From Eledone cirrhosa (Eukaryota), in NCBI GenBank assembly GCA_964016885.1, contig OZ024743.1, positions 143,716,001-143,780,000 of the forward strand: 64,000 bases of DNA. The letters run 5' to 3'. How positions within the stretch are numbered: position 1 is the stretch's first letter; the number at the start of each line of letters is the position of its first letter. Made by a program: the position numbers and the translations under genes. The notes under the pieces were generated by a model that did no database searches, was not told the DNA's origin, and was given only the letters and a program-made list of their open reading frames with translations. Shown here piece after piece: positions 48,916-64,000 of this stretch.

Positions 48916-49119
48916 CAGCTATTTACCACTGTTTCCACTCCATCCTACTCATGTCCCTTTTCGGTACCACACACACACACACACACGCACACACGCACAC
49001 ACACACACAAACACACACAGCTATTTACCACTGTTTCCACTCCATCCTACTCATGCCCCTTTTCGGTACCACACATACACACACACACACACACACACAT
49101 ACACACACACACACGCGCA

Positions 49120-49216
<97 letters not shown>

Positions 49217-49291
49217 CTATTTACCACTGTTTCCACTCCATCCTACTCATGCCCCTTTTCGGTACCACACACACACGCACACGCACATACA

Positions 49292-49345
<54 letters not shown>

Positions 49346-49733
49346 GCTATTTACCACTGTTTCCACTCCATCCTACTCATGCCCCTTTTCGGTACCACAC
49401 ACACACACACGCACACGCACACACACGCACACGCACGCACACGCACACGCACACGCACACAAACACAGACAGCTATTTACCACTGTTTCCACTCCATCCT
49501 ACTCATGCCCCTTTTCGGTACCACACACACACACACACACACACAGTTATTTACCACTGTTTCCACTCTACCCTACTCATGCCCCTTTTCGGTACCACAC
49601 TCTGACACACACACACACACACACACAGTTATTTACCACTGTTTCCACTCTACCCTACTTATGCCCCTTTTCGGTACCACACTCTGACACACACACACAC
49701 ACACACACACACACAGCTATTTACCACTGTTTT
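48916..49733 (+). repeat. Minisatellite: ~52-bp constant unit separated by variable (CA)n, 7 full + 1 partial copy
   Basis: cagctatttaccactgtttccactccatcctactcatgccccttttcggtacc at ~48916, 49018, 49214, 49344, 49470, 49544, 49626, 49714. Confidence 0.9.
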
Positions 49734-50084
49734 TCTCACCCCACCTCCATCCTATCTACCCCCTCTCCCTCCCATTCACTCTGCTGGTACAAACATCAGC
49801 AGCCTGTCTAGCAGTGATTTTAACACTGGATATATATCCTTTGGATGCTGAGAGATCCATTATTTCAACATATACTCCAGCTCTTCCTTCCCCCCCCCCT
49901 CTCTCTCTCTCTTACTTTCTCTCTTCATCTCTTTCTCTTTTCATCTCATTCTCTCTATCTATCCTATATTTCTCTCTTTGTCTCTCTATCTTAATTTCTC
50001 CATCTCTCTATCTTTCTCTCTCTTCCTCTCTATCTCTCTATTTCCTCTCTCTTCCTTTGCTCCTCTCTTTATCACTTACTTTCA

Positions 50085-50130
<46 letters not shown>

Positions 50131-50906
50131 ATCTCTTTATATCTCCATCTCACTTGTTTTTTCTTTCCTCTATCTCTTTCTATCTTTCTATCTTGCTCTT
50201 CCTCTCTGTGTCTCCATCACTCTACCTCTGTCTCTTTTTTTCTGTTCTCTATTTCTATCCCTCCTATCTCTATCCCTCTCTCTTTATCCCCATTTCTTTA
50301 TCTCCCCCTTTCTCAGCTGTTTGGAGACAGTACCATTGTCTACAGGTAAAACTAGACGAAGCTGTAAACATTGAGGAATTGACACAAGATTATTTATTGT
50401 TCACAACTTTGACGTAAAAACTAAATGGTTGGTCTGAAAAGATTCCTAGTCATCTCTTTTTCAAGTTTAGTTACTTCCACAATATTTGTGCTGTAATAAT
50501 ACGAGCAAAGGACACACTATCGCCCAATAAAAAATATACAGGCCAAAGGTTTTAGTGAAATGCCTGCACCATTTTGGCTGCAGTTTCGGTATTGGTCCTA
50601 AATGAGGTAATTCTAACAAGTATGTGTCTTCATTTATTCTAGTTCTATTTTTGTTTGATTTTCTAGGTATTTTTATTTCTTCATTTGTTATTTTAGTTAT
50701 TAAAATTTTTTTTATAATCAATCTGTGTGTTTTCTTGGCTCTTTATACTTTCACTTTCATGTTAAAATTTAAATATAAATTCAAATTTAAATACTCATGT
50801 AGCGAGAATGTGCATTTGAGTGTATTGTATATACAAACATATTACACACACAGCTGTACACAAGTATACACACATACACACAACTCTATGTGCACATATA
50901 CATACA

Positions 50907-50937
<31 letters not shown>

Positions 50938-51236
50938 TTAAGCACATACACACAATCATATGTATGTACACACATGTATACACATAAAAACATTCACACT
51001 TATACATATATACAGCCGCAACCACACACTACCACAGTCCAACCCATGCCAGCATGGAAAAGCGAACATGAAAACAATGAGAATGATGTTGGTGATAATG
51101 ATAATGGCAATAATGTTGGGGATGATAATGATATCTATGTACACAAATATACCTTGTAGACAACTCTGTCTTAATATATACCAACATCCGTGGACTTCAG
51201 TAGAAACTGGATCATGTCCATTATTACCATTTACTA

Positions 51237-51430
51237 GGGCAGTGGGTTGGCAGTATCGGTAGAGGGTCGGATGCCATGCTTTGACGCATAGAGTTACGGC
51301 GCTTGCCATTCTAAGTTCAAATCCCGCCGAGGTTAACTTTGCCTTTCATCCTTACGGGGTCGATAAAATAAAGTACCAGTAATACACTGGTAAATTGCTG
51401 GTTTTGTGCCAAAAAGTAGAAACAATTATT
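51237..51430 (+). mobile_element. tRNA-derived SINE
   Basis: Same boxes, core and tail as 31790. Confidence 0.82.
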
Positions 51431-52346
51431 ACCATTTACTTACACAGAAGACATATCTCCCCAACCCCTACTATGTCTCACCCCACTTTCCAGCACTAAT
51501 CAATTTACATAAACCCATGCTTCCATTAGTATCTACCATGTGGAACTCCCACGCCTGCCCACATTTCTTTTCCAGCAGCCATCTGTCACAAGGTGAACAT
51601 AAATTGTTTCAAACTTGCCAGTTTTGGAGGTCCTGTGAAGGTCATGGTCAGTCCTTATATCCTAAATAAGCCATAAATAAAAAAAATGTATATTTACTCA
51701 CATATCCAAGCCCCTTCATATCAATGACTACCATTTACAAGAAGGGGATTCCATAGCCGGTAAACCAACCTTTGTTGGTTGGTTGGTCTTGGAATATATA
51801 GACACGCACGCACACGCACACACACACACACACACACACACGTAAATTAATACATGCATACTAAGACATGCACACTGACACACGTGTGTATGTGAAGTGA
51901 GTAATAACAATCAGAACATATGTGTTCTATATGAGACACATAATTCTGTAGTATAATACAACAGTTTACTTGTAAGACGTAGTCAACAGAAACATGCTGG
52001 CTGAGAATTCAGTCTCACCAGGAATCAGAACTTAGATCAGAAAATATATTGGTTTATGTATTTATACATACATGTGTGTATACATACATAATCACTATCA
52101 TCATCATCTGTTAATATCTGTTCAATGATGATGATGCATGTACACACGCACCTTCATATATATATATATATTTAAAAAACATGAGAAGAAAGAAGAATAC
52201 TGCGTGGTTGCACATGGGTTACATATGAAAAAATTAGTCCCTCGTCAGTGATTTGCCAACCATCATTGATATTTCATCGCATTATATATATATATATATA
52301 TATCAATAATATTAATAAATGGAAACTATCTTTATAAAACCATATT

Positions 52347-52407
52347 TATTTTATATATATTTCAAGGGTACCAACATTTTTTTGGTATGCACTCATCAGA
52401 TAAAATA
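52347..52407 (-). ncRNA. Type I hammerhead ribozyme
   Basis: Minus strand: tattttat CTGATGA gtgcatacca..tggtaccctt GAAA tatata TA aaata. Confidence 0.75.
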
Positions 52408-52517
52408 CAAAAGTTGTTTTATAGATAGCGACATATTCAAAAACAAGAACATAAAACAGAACATAAAACGATAAGTTCTTGTTTTTGAATATGTCACTAT
52501 CTATAAAACAACTTTTG

Positions 52518-52581
52518 TATTTTATCTGATGAGAGCATACCAAAAAAATTTTGGTACCCTTGAAATATATATAATTAAATA
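52518..52581 (+). ncRNA. Type I hammerhead ribozyme
   Basis: tattttat CTGATGA gagcataccaaaa..ttttggtaccctt GAAA tatata TA attaaata. Confidence 0.8.
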
Positions 52582-53552
52582 AATATGGTTTTATAAAGAT
52601 AGTTTCCATTTTTTTATATTATTGATATTATACTTCAGAAGAAATCTGTAGAGTGCTTCGAATCTGTTATAAATAAATTTGTTGAATAACCAACAAATTA
52701 AATAACCCTTTGCTTATATATATAATATATATATGAGCGATAATATACATACACACATACATAAAATAAGAAAACTACCCCTGCATGTTGGTGTCAGGAA
52801 GGGCATCAGGCTATAAAGCATTGCCTCAAAAAGAACCATCCAGTCCATAAAAACAATAACACACACACACACACATACATATATATGTAGTATATTTAGT
52901 TAAACGTTTAGATACATGTATATTTTATACACACACATTTTATATATTCATGTTAATTTAGTTTTTATGGCCCCCTCCCCCATGGTTTTTTGTCTATTTA
53001 TACTCAACATCATTCCTCTTTATTAACTATTCTCAACATCACAATACCTCTCCACTCTTCCCTACATTACTTCTGCCTCCTTTCTCTCTCATATCGCTGA
53101 AGTCCCACCATATCCATGACACCCAATTTATTAACCATCTTAATCTATTGGGACAAGCCCCTTCCCTCCACTGCAACCACTACTGGATGTAGAGAGCTCT
53201 TCTGTCGAGTCAATAACTGGCAACCTCCTTAGTGTTGGCACCATGATAATATGCACGCAGTACACTCTGAAGGCCATCCATTTGTAGAAACCATTCGAAA
53301 AAGGGTTGAGAGGCAATTCAGAAACATCACAGTCATCGCAACCTCTCTAGCGCTAGTGTCGAGATAAAATGCACCCAGTACACTCTGTAAAGGTGTTGCT
53401 GCTAGGAAGGGCATCTGGCTTTAGAAACCATGTCAAAACCAGAACATATGTAACCAAGACACAACTCACAACCCATCTTGGAAGTCAGTAATTTCTATTA
53501 AGCACTAACTTGGTCACTCACAACCCATCCAAATCATGTCAGCATGAAAGTT

Positions 53553-53735
53553 ATCATCATCATCATCATCATCATCATTGTTGAACATCTATCTTCCATG
53601 CTAGCATGGGTTAGACAGGAATTGTCCCACTTGAGGCAAGATTGGTCGGGTGACCATGTCTCGCTCATATAGGACTGTATCTGGCAGGTTTTCTACGACT
53701 GGATGCCCTTCCTAACACCAATCACATTTACAGGG
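53553..53735 (-). mobile_element. RTE LINE 3' tail fragment
   Basis: (ATC)n followed by sequence nearly identical to ~21585-21722. Confidence 0.8.
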
Positions 53736-53984
53736 ACGTTAAATGAAGATGACAGTGACTTCGAAGTTGCAATGGTGGTGGCTTGTTCAAACCTTTAGGT
53801 CATTGCCAATAAAATGAATATAAATATTAAACACTACACATGTATTCAAGCTCTTTAGTGTAGTGGTTAACACACTCACCCAGCATGGTTGATTGATTTC
53901 CTAGCAGGTGCCTGTTCCCTTTTTTTCTTACTTTAACCAAATTTTTCAGGCATTTATAATTATGGTGAATTGGCTGTATCAGTT

Positions 53985-54329
53985 ATGTCCCTTTACGATC
54001 TGAGTTCAAATCCCGCCGAGGTTAACTTTGCCTTTCATCCTTACGAGGTCGATAAAATAAAGTACCAGTAATATACTGGAATAATTGCGGGCCTTGTGCC
54101 AAAAGTAGAAACAATTATTATTATGGTCATCAAGGGCGGTGGATTGGCAGTATCGGTAGAGGGTCGGACGCCATGCTTTCCAGCATAGTTACGTCCCTTT
54201 ACGATCTAAGTTCAAATCCCGCTGAGGTTGACTTTGCCTTTCATCCTTACGGGGTCGATAAAATAAAGTACCAGTAATGCACTGGGTAATTGCTGGCCTT
54301 GTGCCAAAAGTAGAAACAATTATTATTAT
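53985..54329 (+). mobile_element. Two tandem SINE copies (first 5'-truncated)
   Basis: Same family as 31790/42453. Confidence 0.85.
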
Positions 54330-54358
54330 GGTCATTTGTGTTAGGAGGCAAACATTTA

Positions 54359-54417
<59 letters not shown>

Positions 54418-54442
54418 TGTAATAAATAACATAAGGCAATTA

Positions 54443-54503
54443 TTTCATTTACCAGTGGTTTTTTAAAAGCAAACAAATTTTGCTTTCAATCATCAGAATG
54501 AAA
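54443..54503 (-). ncRNA. Hammerhead motif with GAAA->AAAA (probably inactive), plus a truncated inverted copy at 54517-54549
   Basis: Minus strand: tttcatt CTGATGA ttgaaagcaaa..tttgctttta AAAA ccactgg TA aatgaaa; same family as 21374. Confidence 0.7.
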
Positions 54504-54545
54504 AAAATCCAGATTTTTTCATTCTGATGATTGAAAGCAAAATTT

Positions 54546-55576
<1,031 letters not shown>

Positions 55577-55624
55577 AATAAAGTTAAATAAAAGTCAAAT
55601 GATTAAAATTTAGCTTCGTTTATT

Positions 55625-55679
55625 ACTGCTATATATATTTCAGTGACAGCCATCTTTGGCTGTGACCTCTTCAGGCAGT
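55625..55679 (-). ncRNA. Type I hammerhead ribozyme in inverted orientation upstream of a PLE ORF
   Basis: Minus strand: actgc CTGAAGA ggtcacagcca-aaga-tggctgtcact GAAA tatata TA gcagt. Confidence 0.85.
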
Positions 55680-55774
55680 TTGAATTAGTATGGTATAGAC
55701 AAGTACATATGTTGTTTAGGTGTATAATATTGTCAATACTCTGATATGCCCAGTTCCTTGTTGGGTTGTTAGTT

Positions 55775-56737
55775 CACAACCACCCCACAAATCCGGGCCG
55801 TGAAGATAACAAAAAGTATAGAGCCCAAAAGGGAAGCAACAGTGCGGAAACCACCAGCAAACCAACAAATCTCCAACAAATCCCGAAGCCCCCAACCCAC
55901 ACATATAGGAGGAGACACCGACAAATCACGTGGTACAACCCACCCTACTCAGCGGCCCTAAAGAAAAGCTTGGCCCGATTATTCTTTGGAGCACTTGACA
56001 AATGCTTCCCGAGGGACCACAGATACCACAGGATCTTCAACAGACACACTGTGAAGCTTTCGTATTCCACCACGAGAAATTTGGGCCAACACATAGCTAG
56101 CATCAACAGAAGTAGGCTTAAAAACCACACACAACCAGAAGATGGCAATACAAACACTCAGCAGAACCATGTGAAAGGAGGGAAGGGGGGACCCAGAGCC
56201 CACCCAAGAAACACAAACAGACCCAAGGACCCCCCACCGAGCATGGGGGAGGACCAACATGTAACACATAATGAGAACCCTAATCTAGGCACGCAGAGGC
56301 CGACCACCCTCTGCAACTGTAGAAACCCCGAATCATGCCCCCTTGGTAATGAATGTCTCAAGAAGAACATAGTGTACGGTTGTAGGGTTAAAACCCCCAA
56401 CTCCGAACACCTCTACATAGGAGCCACATCAACGAGCTTTAAGGACCGCTGGTACAACCATCGCCATTCATTCAAGAAGGAGGCCAAAAGGAAAAGCACA
56501 GCTCTCTCCGACCTGATCTGGAAGCTTAAGCTGGACAGGACCCCATACTCTCTGGCATGGTACATAATCAGGAAAGTACCACCCGATAAAGGGGGATCTT
56601 GCATATGCAAACTATGCCTGAACGAGACCCTCGAGATACTAAGAGGTGGAAGCGGCCTGATAAGCCTCAGAACCGACTTCTTCGGGACATGCAGACACCT
56701 TAGAGCCGGGACCTTTCTCAAAATATATGGACAGTAG
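55775..56737 (+). CDS. PLE linker + GIY-YIG endonuclease (5'-truncated, uninterrupted frame)
   Basis: RQITWYNPPYS..CFPRDHRYHRIFNRHTVKLSYS; CNCRNPESCPLGNECLKKNIVYGC..LYIGAT..FKDRWYNH; CKLCLNE; CRH. No RT present and the true start is absent. Confidence 0.85.
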   Translation, partial: HNHPTNPGREDNKKYRAQKGSNSAETTSKPTNLQQIPKPPTHTYRRRHRQITWYNPPYSAALKKSLARLFFGALDKCFPRDHRYHRIFNRHTVKLSYSTTRNLGQHIASINRSRLKNHTQPEDGNTNTQQNHVKGGKGGPRAHPRNTNRPKDPPPSMGEDQHVTHNENPNLGTQRPTTLCNCRNPESCPLGNECLKKNIVYGCRVKTPNSEHLYIGATSTSFKDRWYNHRHSFKKEAKRKSTALSDLIWKLKLDRTPYSLAWYIIRKVPPDKGGSCICKLCLNETLEILRGGSGLISLRTDFFGTCRHLRAGTFLKIYGQ

Positions 56738-57562
56738 CAACACAAGAAGATGTGAACTCCCCTCAAGCTATAGAACATGAAAACACCTCTCGGCCAGACC
56801 TCCCTCAAGCTATATAGGCAATTACAACACCCTAGGTTGTGAACTCCCCTCAAGCCATAGGGAACAACCCAGGCGGAGCAGACACCATGATAGCCTAGAG
56901 ATAGAATCGGACACAGCCATAATAATCTGGCCAACATCTATAACACAAACACTTTTAATTTACCAGATTTTTGACTTTAAAGTTCCAATCTTAAATCTTG
57001 ATTTCTCTTTATTAATTTGTTATTTGTTTTCTGCCCTCTTCACTGTATCACCTTATATTTATTTTAAGTTGAGATAGATTATAACACAAACACATTGAAT
57101 ATCTCATCTTAACATCTTGTATCATACCAATCTATCCAACATATTCTGACCTTGAGATTGGTTATAGCACACACACACACACTTTATCCTACATTATTTC
57201 TCACTTCTCCATATACATTATCATTACCTTTTCACCAATCTCTCATTTACTCTTTATTCTTTATTCTCTATTTATTTATTTATTTTCAAATTACACAAAT
57301 TATATTAATTATTTTATTTTATTATATTATTTATTTATTTTCTGTTTTCTTCATTTATTGCCTTATATCTCTTCATATACATGAAAGAAACCCCCCCCCC
57401 CCCACCACCACTACGATGGTGGCGGGTGGGAGGAAGAGAAAACACAAACAAACTGGATACTTCTAAATTGTTAGCAGCAGCAAGATATAAGCTGACCACT
57501 ACAACAACAACAGTACCAAAATAATGGTGGAGGTCAAATGTACTGAACAATAGCAGGCAAAA

Positions 57563-61656
<4,094 letters not shown>

Positions 61657-62840
61657 GCTCCTGCTTGTGATATGGATACACCTTGTTAACCAATTAATTC
61701 TTGCCTGAGTGCTCAACTCTATGAATGCACATCTGTGTATTGAACTTTGGAGTGTGAACTTTTTCGGATTGCTTAATCGCTCAACTCTATGAATGCACAC
61801 CTGTGGATTGAACTTTAGAGTGTGAACTTTTGGGACTGTCCAACCTGTGATGTTTCCATTGCATTGTAATGGTCCACTCAATCTAGTGCGGACATAGCAT
61901 CTGTTCATAAAAAATCTCATTCGAACACTCTATTGTTGAACTGCGGCTAACTGCAACACCTAAGGCGTTCGTGTCCTGATATATTCCATATATCACCATG
62001 AGTCAACACTAGTGTCACCTTAAGATTTCTATAATAATATTATTATTACATGCCCTAATAATTACCATCTTGATTACCCTTATTACATCTTTTTACCCCC
62101 AATTACATCTTTATAAATATGCATTACTTGGACTGATATGTGTATATATATATATCCTTATATATACGTCTCTTTTATATATATTTTTATATATATTTTT
62201 GTATATATATTTTTGTGTATTTTATATGTTGTACGTATATCACTTGTTGAACATAGCTTGATAGCTTATGCATTTGCCAGTCTCATCTTTACCCACACCT
62301 TCCTTTATGGTGTATATTTTACTCCATTTTTTTTGGTGTATTGTTTTATTTATCTTCTGGTGTATATTTTACTTTACTTTATTTTATTTTATTTTATTTT
62401 ATTTTTATCTTTTATCTATTTTTTATCTATTTCTTATCTATTTTTTATCTATTTTTTATCTATATTTTATCTACCTCTTATCTATTTTTTATCTATCTCT
62501 ATCTCTTAACTTGTGCCCATCCGTCTATGATATGTTATTTGTATAAGTGTATACTGTATGTGTTGCATACGGGTGCTTGTGTGTAGGTGCATGCGGGTGC
62601 TCATGCTTATGCATATACTTGTATGTAGCTGTATGTTAACGGAACCCTGCCCAACTGTGAGTGATAACATTTCTTATTTTTTATTTTTATTTTTATTCTT
62701 ATTTTTATGTTTATTTTTATTTTACTCTTTTCTTATTTTACTCCTTTTACTTTACTCTTTAAACTCCTCCCAACTTATGGTATCCCCACATATATTCTTC
62801 TGTTTTGGCTTTGTCAATGCTTGTATACTATGTATTTACT

Positions 62841-62898
62841 CTTTATGCTCTGAAGAGTCCCACTTCTAGTGTGGACGAAACACTGTTAGCAATTAAAG
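62841..62898 (+). ncRNA. Type I hammerhead ribozyme at the end of an ORF-less ~1.36-kb island (61657-63020) between TA arrays
   Basis: ctttatgct CTGAAGA gtcccac-ttcta-gtgtggac GAAA cactg TT agcaattaaag. Confidence 0.8.
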
Positions 62899-63085
62899 AT
62901 ATACCTATGTTCTAAGCGCTCTTTGTTGTTAATTGTATTACGGCTCTGTCCTCTGACATTGAGCTAACCATATACTGCCTATTTGATAAGTGGAGTGTTA
63001 CACACTCCCAATTCTCTCCCTTATATATATATATATATATATGTGTATATATGTATATATATATATCTATATATATCTATATATG

Positions 63086-63152
<67 letters not shown>

Positions 63153-63171
63153 GTATATATATGTATATATG

Positions 63172-63204
<33 letters not shown>

Positions 63205-63211
63205 GTATATA

Positions 63212-63244
<33 letters not shown>

Positions 63245-63326
63245 ATGTATATGTACTAATTTTCATAGAAAAAGCATATAACGATATGTGCTTTTACAAT
63301 TCTCCAGAGAAGCCGGAAGATGGGTA

Positions 63327-63371
63327 AATATTGCTGATGAGATGTAATAACATCGAAACTAGTCCAATATT
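63327..63371 (+). ncRNA. Canonical minimal type I hammerhead ribozyme
   Basis: aatattg CTGATGA gatgt-aata-acatc GAAA ctag TC caatatt; perfect stems I and II, palindromic ACTAGT stem III, GUC site after 63364. Confidence 0.92.
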
Positions 63372-63689
63372 CCTGTCTGGCCCTCTGCAGAATAGAGGAA
63401 ATGTGTTTCCTTGAAAACTCGTATGACTCTAAAACCCGGTCCGTCTGTGTGGTTACATACAGACTAGCTGACACTCACTGTAAAGTGTCTAGTGAAAAAC
63501 TGAGTACATGTACATATGTATACATGTGTGTATTTATATGCATACTAATACTTCCGTATACATATGTAGATGTACACTTTAACTTAATTGTTTAAGCGTC
63601 AGTCATACAAAAGTGAGTTAGAAGCGAAACGAAATTTAATTTCGTTTCGTTATTTGTTTTTATCGTTTCCGCTGAACCGGTGCGTACAA

Positions 63690-63710
63690 TGACTCACGTT
63701 CTATGCAAAT
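63690..63710 (+). promoter_or_regulatory. AP-1-like TGACTCA + octamer ATGCAAAT, candidate internal promoter of the repeat
   Basis: Exact motifs ~95-110 bp upstream of the second HHR core; degenerate equivalents (taactca..atacaaat) in the 16.4-kb relative. Confidence 0.35.
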
Positions 63711-63795
63711 TGGTCTACCCACTACTAATTTTCATAGAAAAAGCATATAACGATATGTGCTTTTACAATTCTCCAGAGAAGCCGGAAGATGGGTA

Positions 63796-63840
63796 AATAT
63801 TGCTGATGAGATATAATAACATCGAAACTAGTCCAATATT
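63796..63840 (+). ncRNA. Minimal type I hammerhead ribozyme (second unit)
   Basis: aatattg CTGATGA gatat-aata-acatc GAAA ctag TC caatatt; one stem II mismatch; GUC site after 63833. Confidence 0.9.
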
Positions 63841-64000
63841 CCTGTCTGGCCCTCTGGAGAATAGAGGAAATGTGTTTCCTTGAAAACTCGTATGACTCTA
63901 AAACCCGGTCCGTCTGTGTGGTTACATACAGACTAGCTGACACTCACTGTAAAGTGTCTAGTGAAAAACTGAGTACATGTACATATGTATACATGTGTGT

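Larger units (their letters stand above)
52303..52627. mobile_element. ORF-less palindromic PLE-end element with two outward-reading HHRs
   Basis: ~148-bp inverted arms 52303-52450 / 52475-52627; left arm abuts (TA)n. Confidence 0.8.
63254..64000 (+). mobile_element. Retrozyme-like tandem repeat, 469-bp unit, one HHR per unit (runs off the window)
   Basis: 63254.. is repeated almost exactly at 63723..; non-coding; begins directly after (TA)n. Confidence 0.8.

Noticed and set aside
48916-49733. CRISPR-like repeat/spacer pattern
   Set aside because: Spacers are (CA)n, no cas genes, eukaryotic context

Overview
Eukaryotic, very AT-rich, repeat-dominated DNA. The repeat landscape suggests an invertebrate, probably an octopus-like cephalopod (inference only). 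I could not identify any host protein-coding exon, and almost all long ORFs in the track are microsatellite artefacts. The window holds at least six Penelope-like retroelement (PLE) copies or fragments (RT and/or C-terminal GIY-YIG), two with large inverted pseudo-LTRs, mostly embedded in (TA)n arrays. It also holds a decayed RTE-clade LINE, many tRNA-derived SINEs, two TTAA-flanked MITEs, a non-autonomous Helitron and a CA-spaced minisatellite. The main hidden signal is RNA-level. Reading by eye finds 16 complete or single-core-variant type I hammerhead ribozyme (HHR) motifs with tiny, mostly palindromic stem III, plus several remnants. They include a 469-bp tandem, non-coding HHR repeat at 63254-64000 (retrozyme-like, predicted ~469-nt circular RNA, with an AP-1/octamer-like motif pair) and a decayed relative at ~16 kb. 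There are also ORF-less head-to-head HHR palindromes and a recurring CCGANGA core variant.
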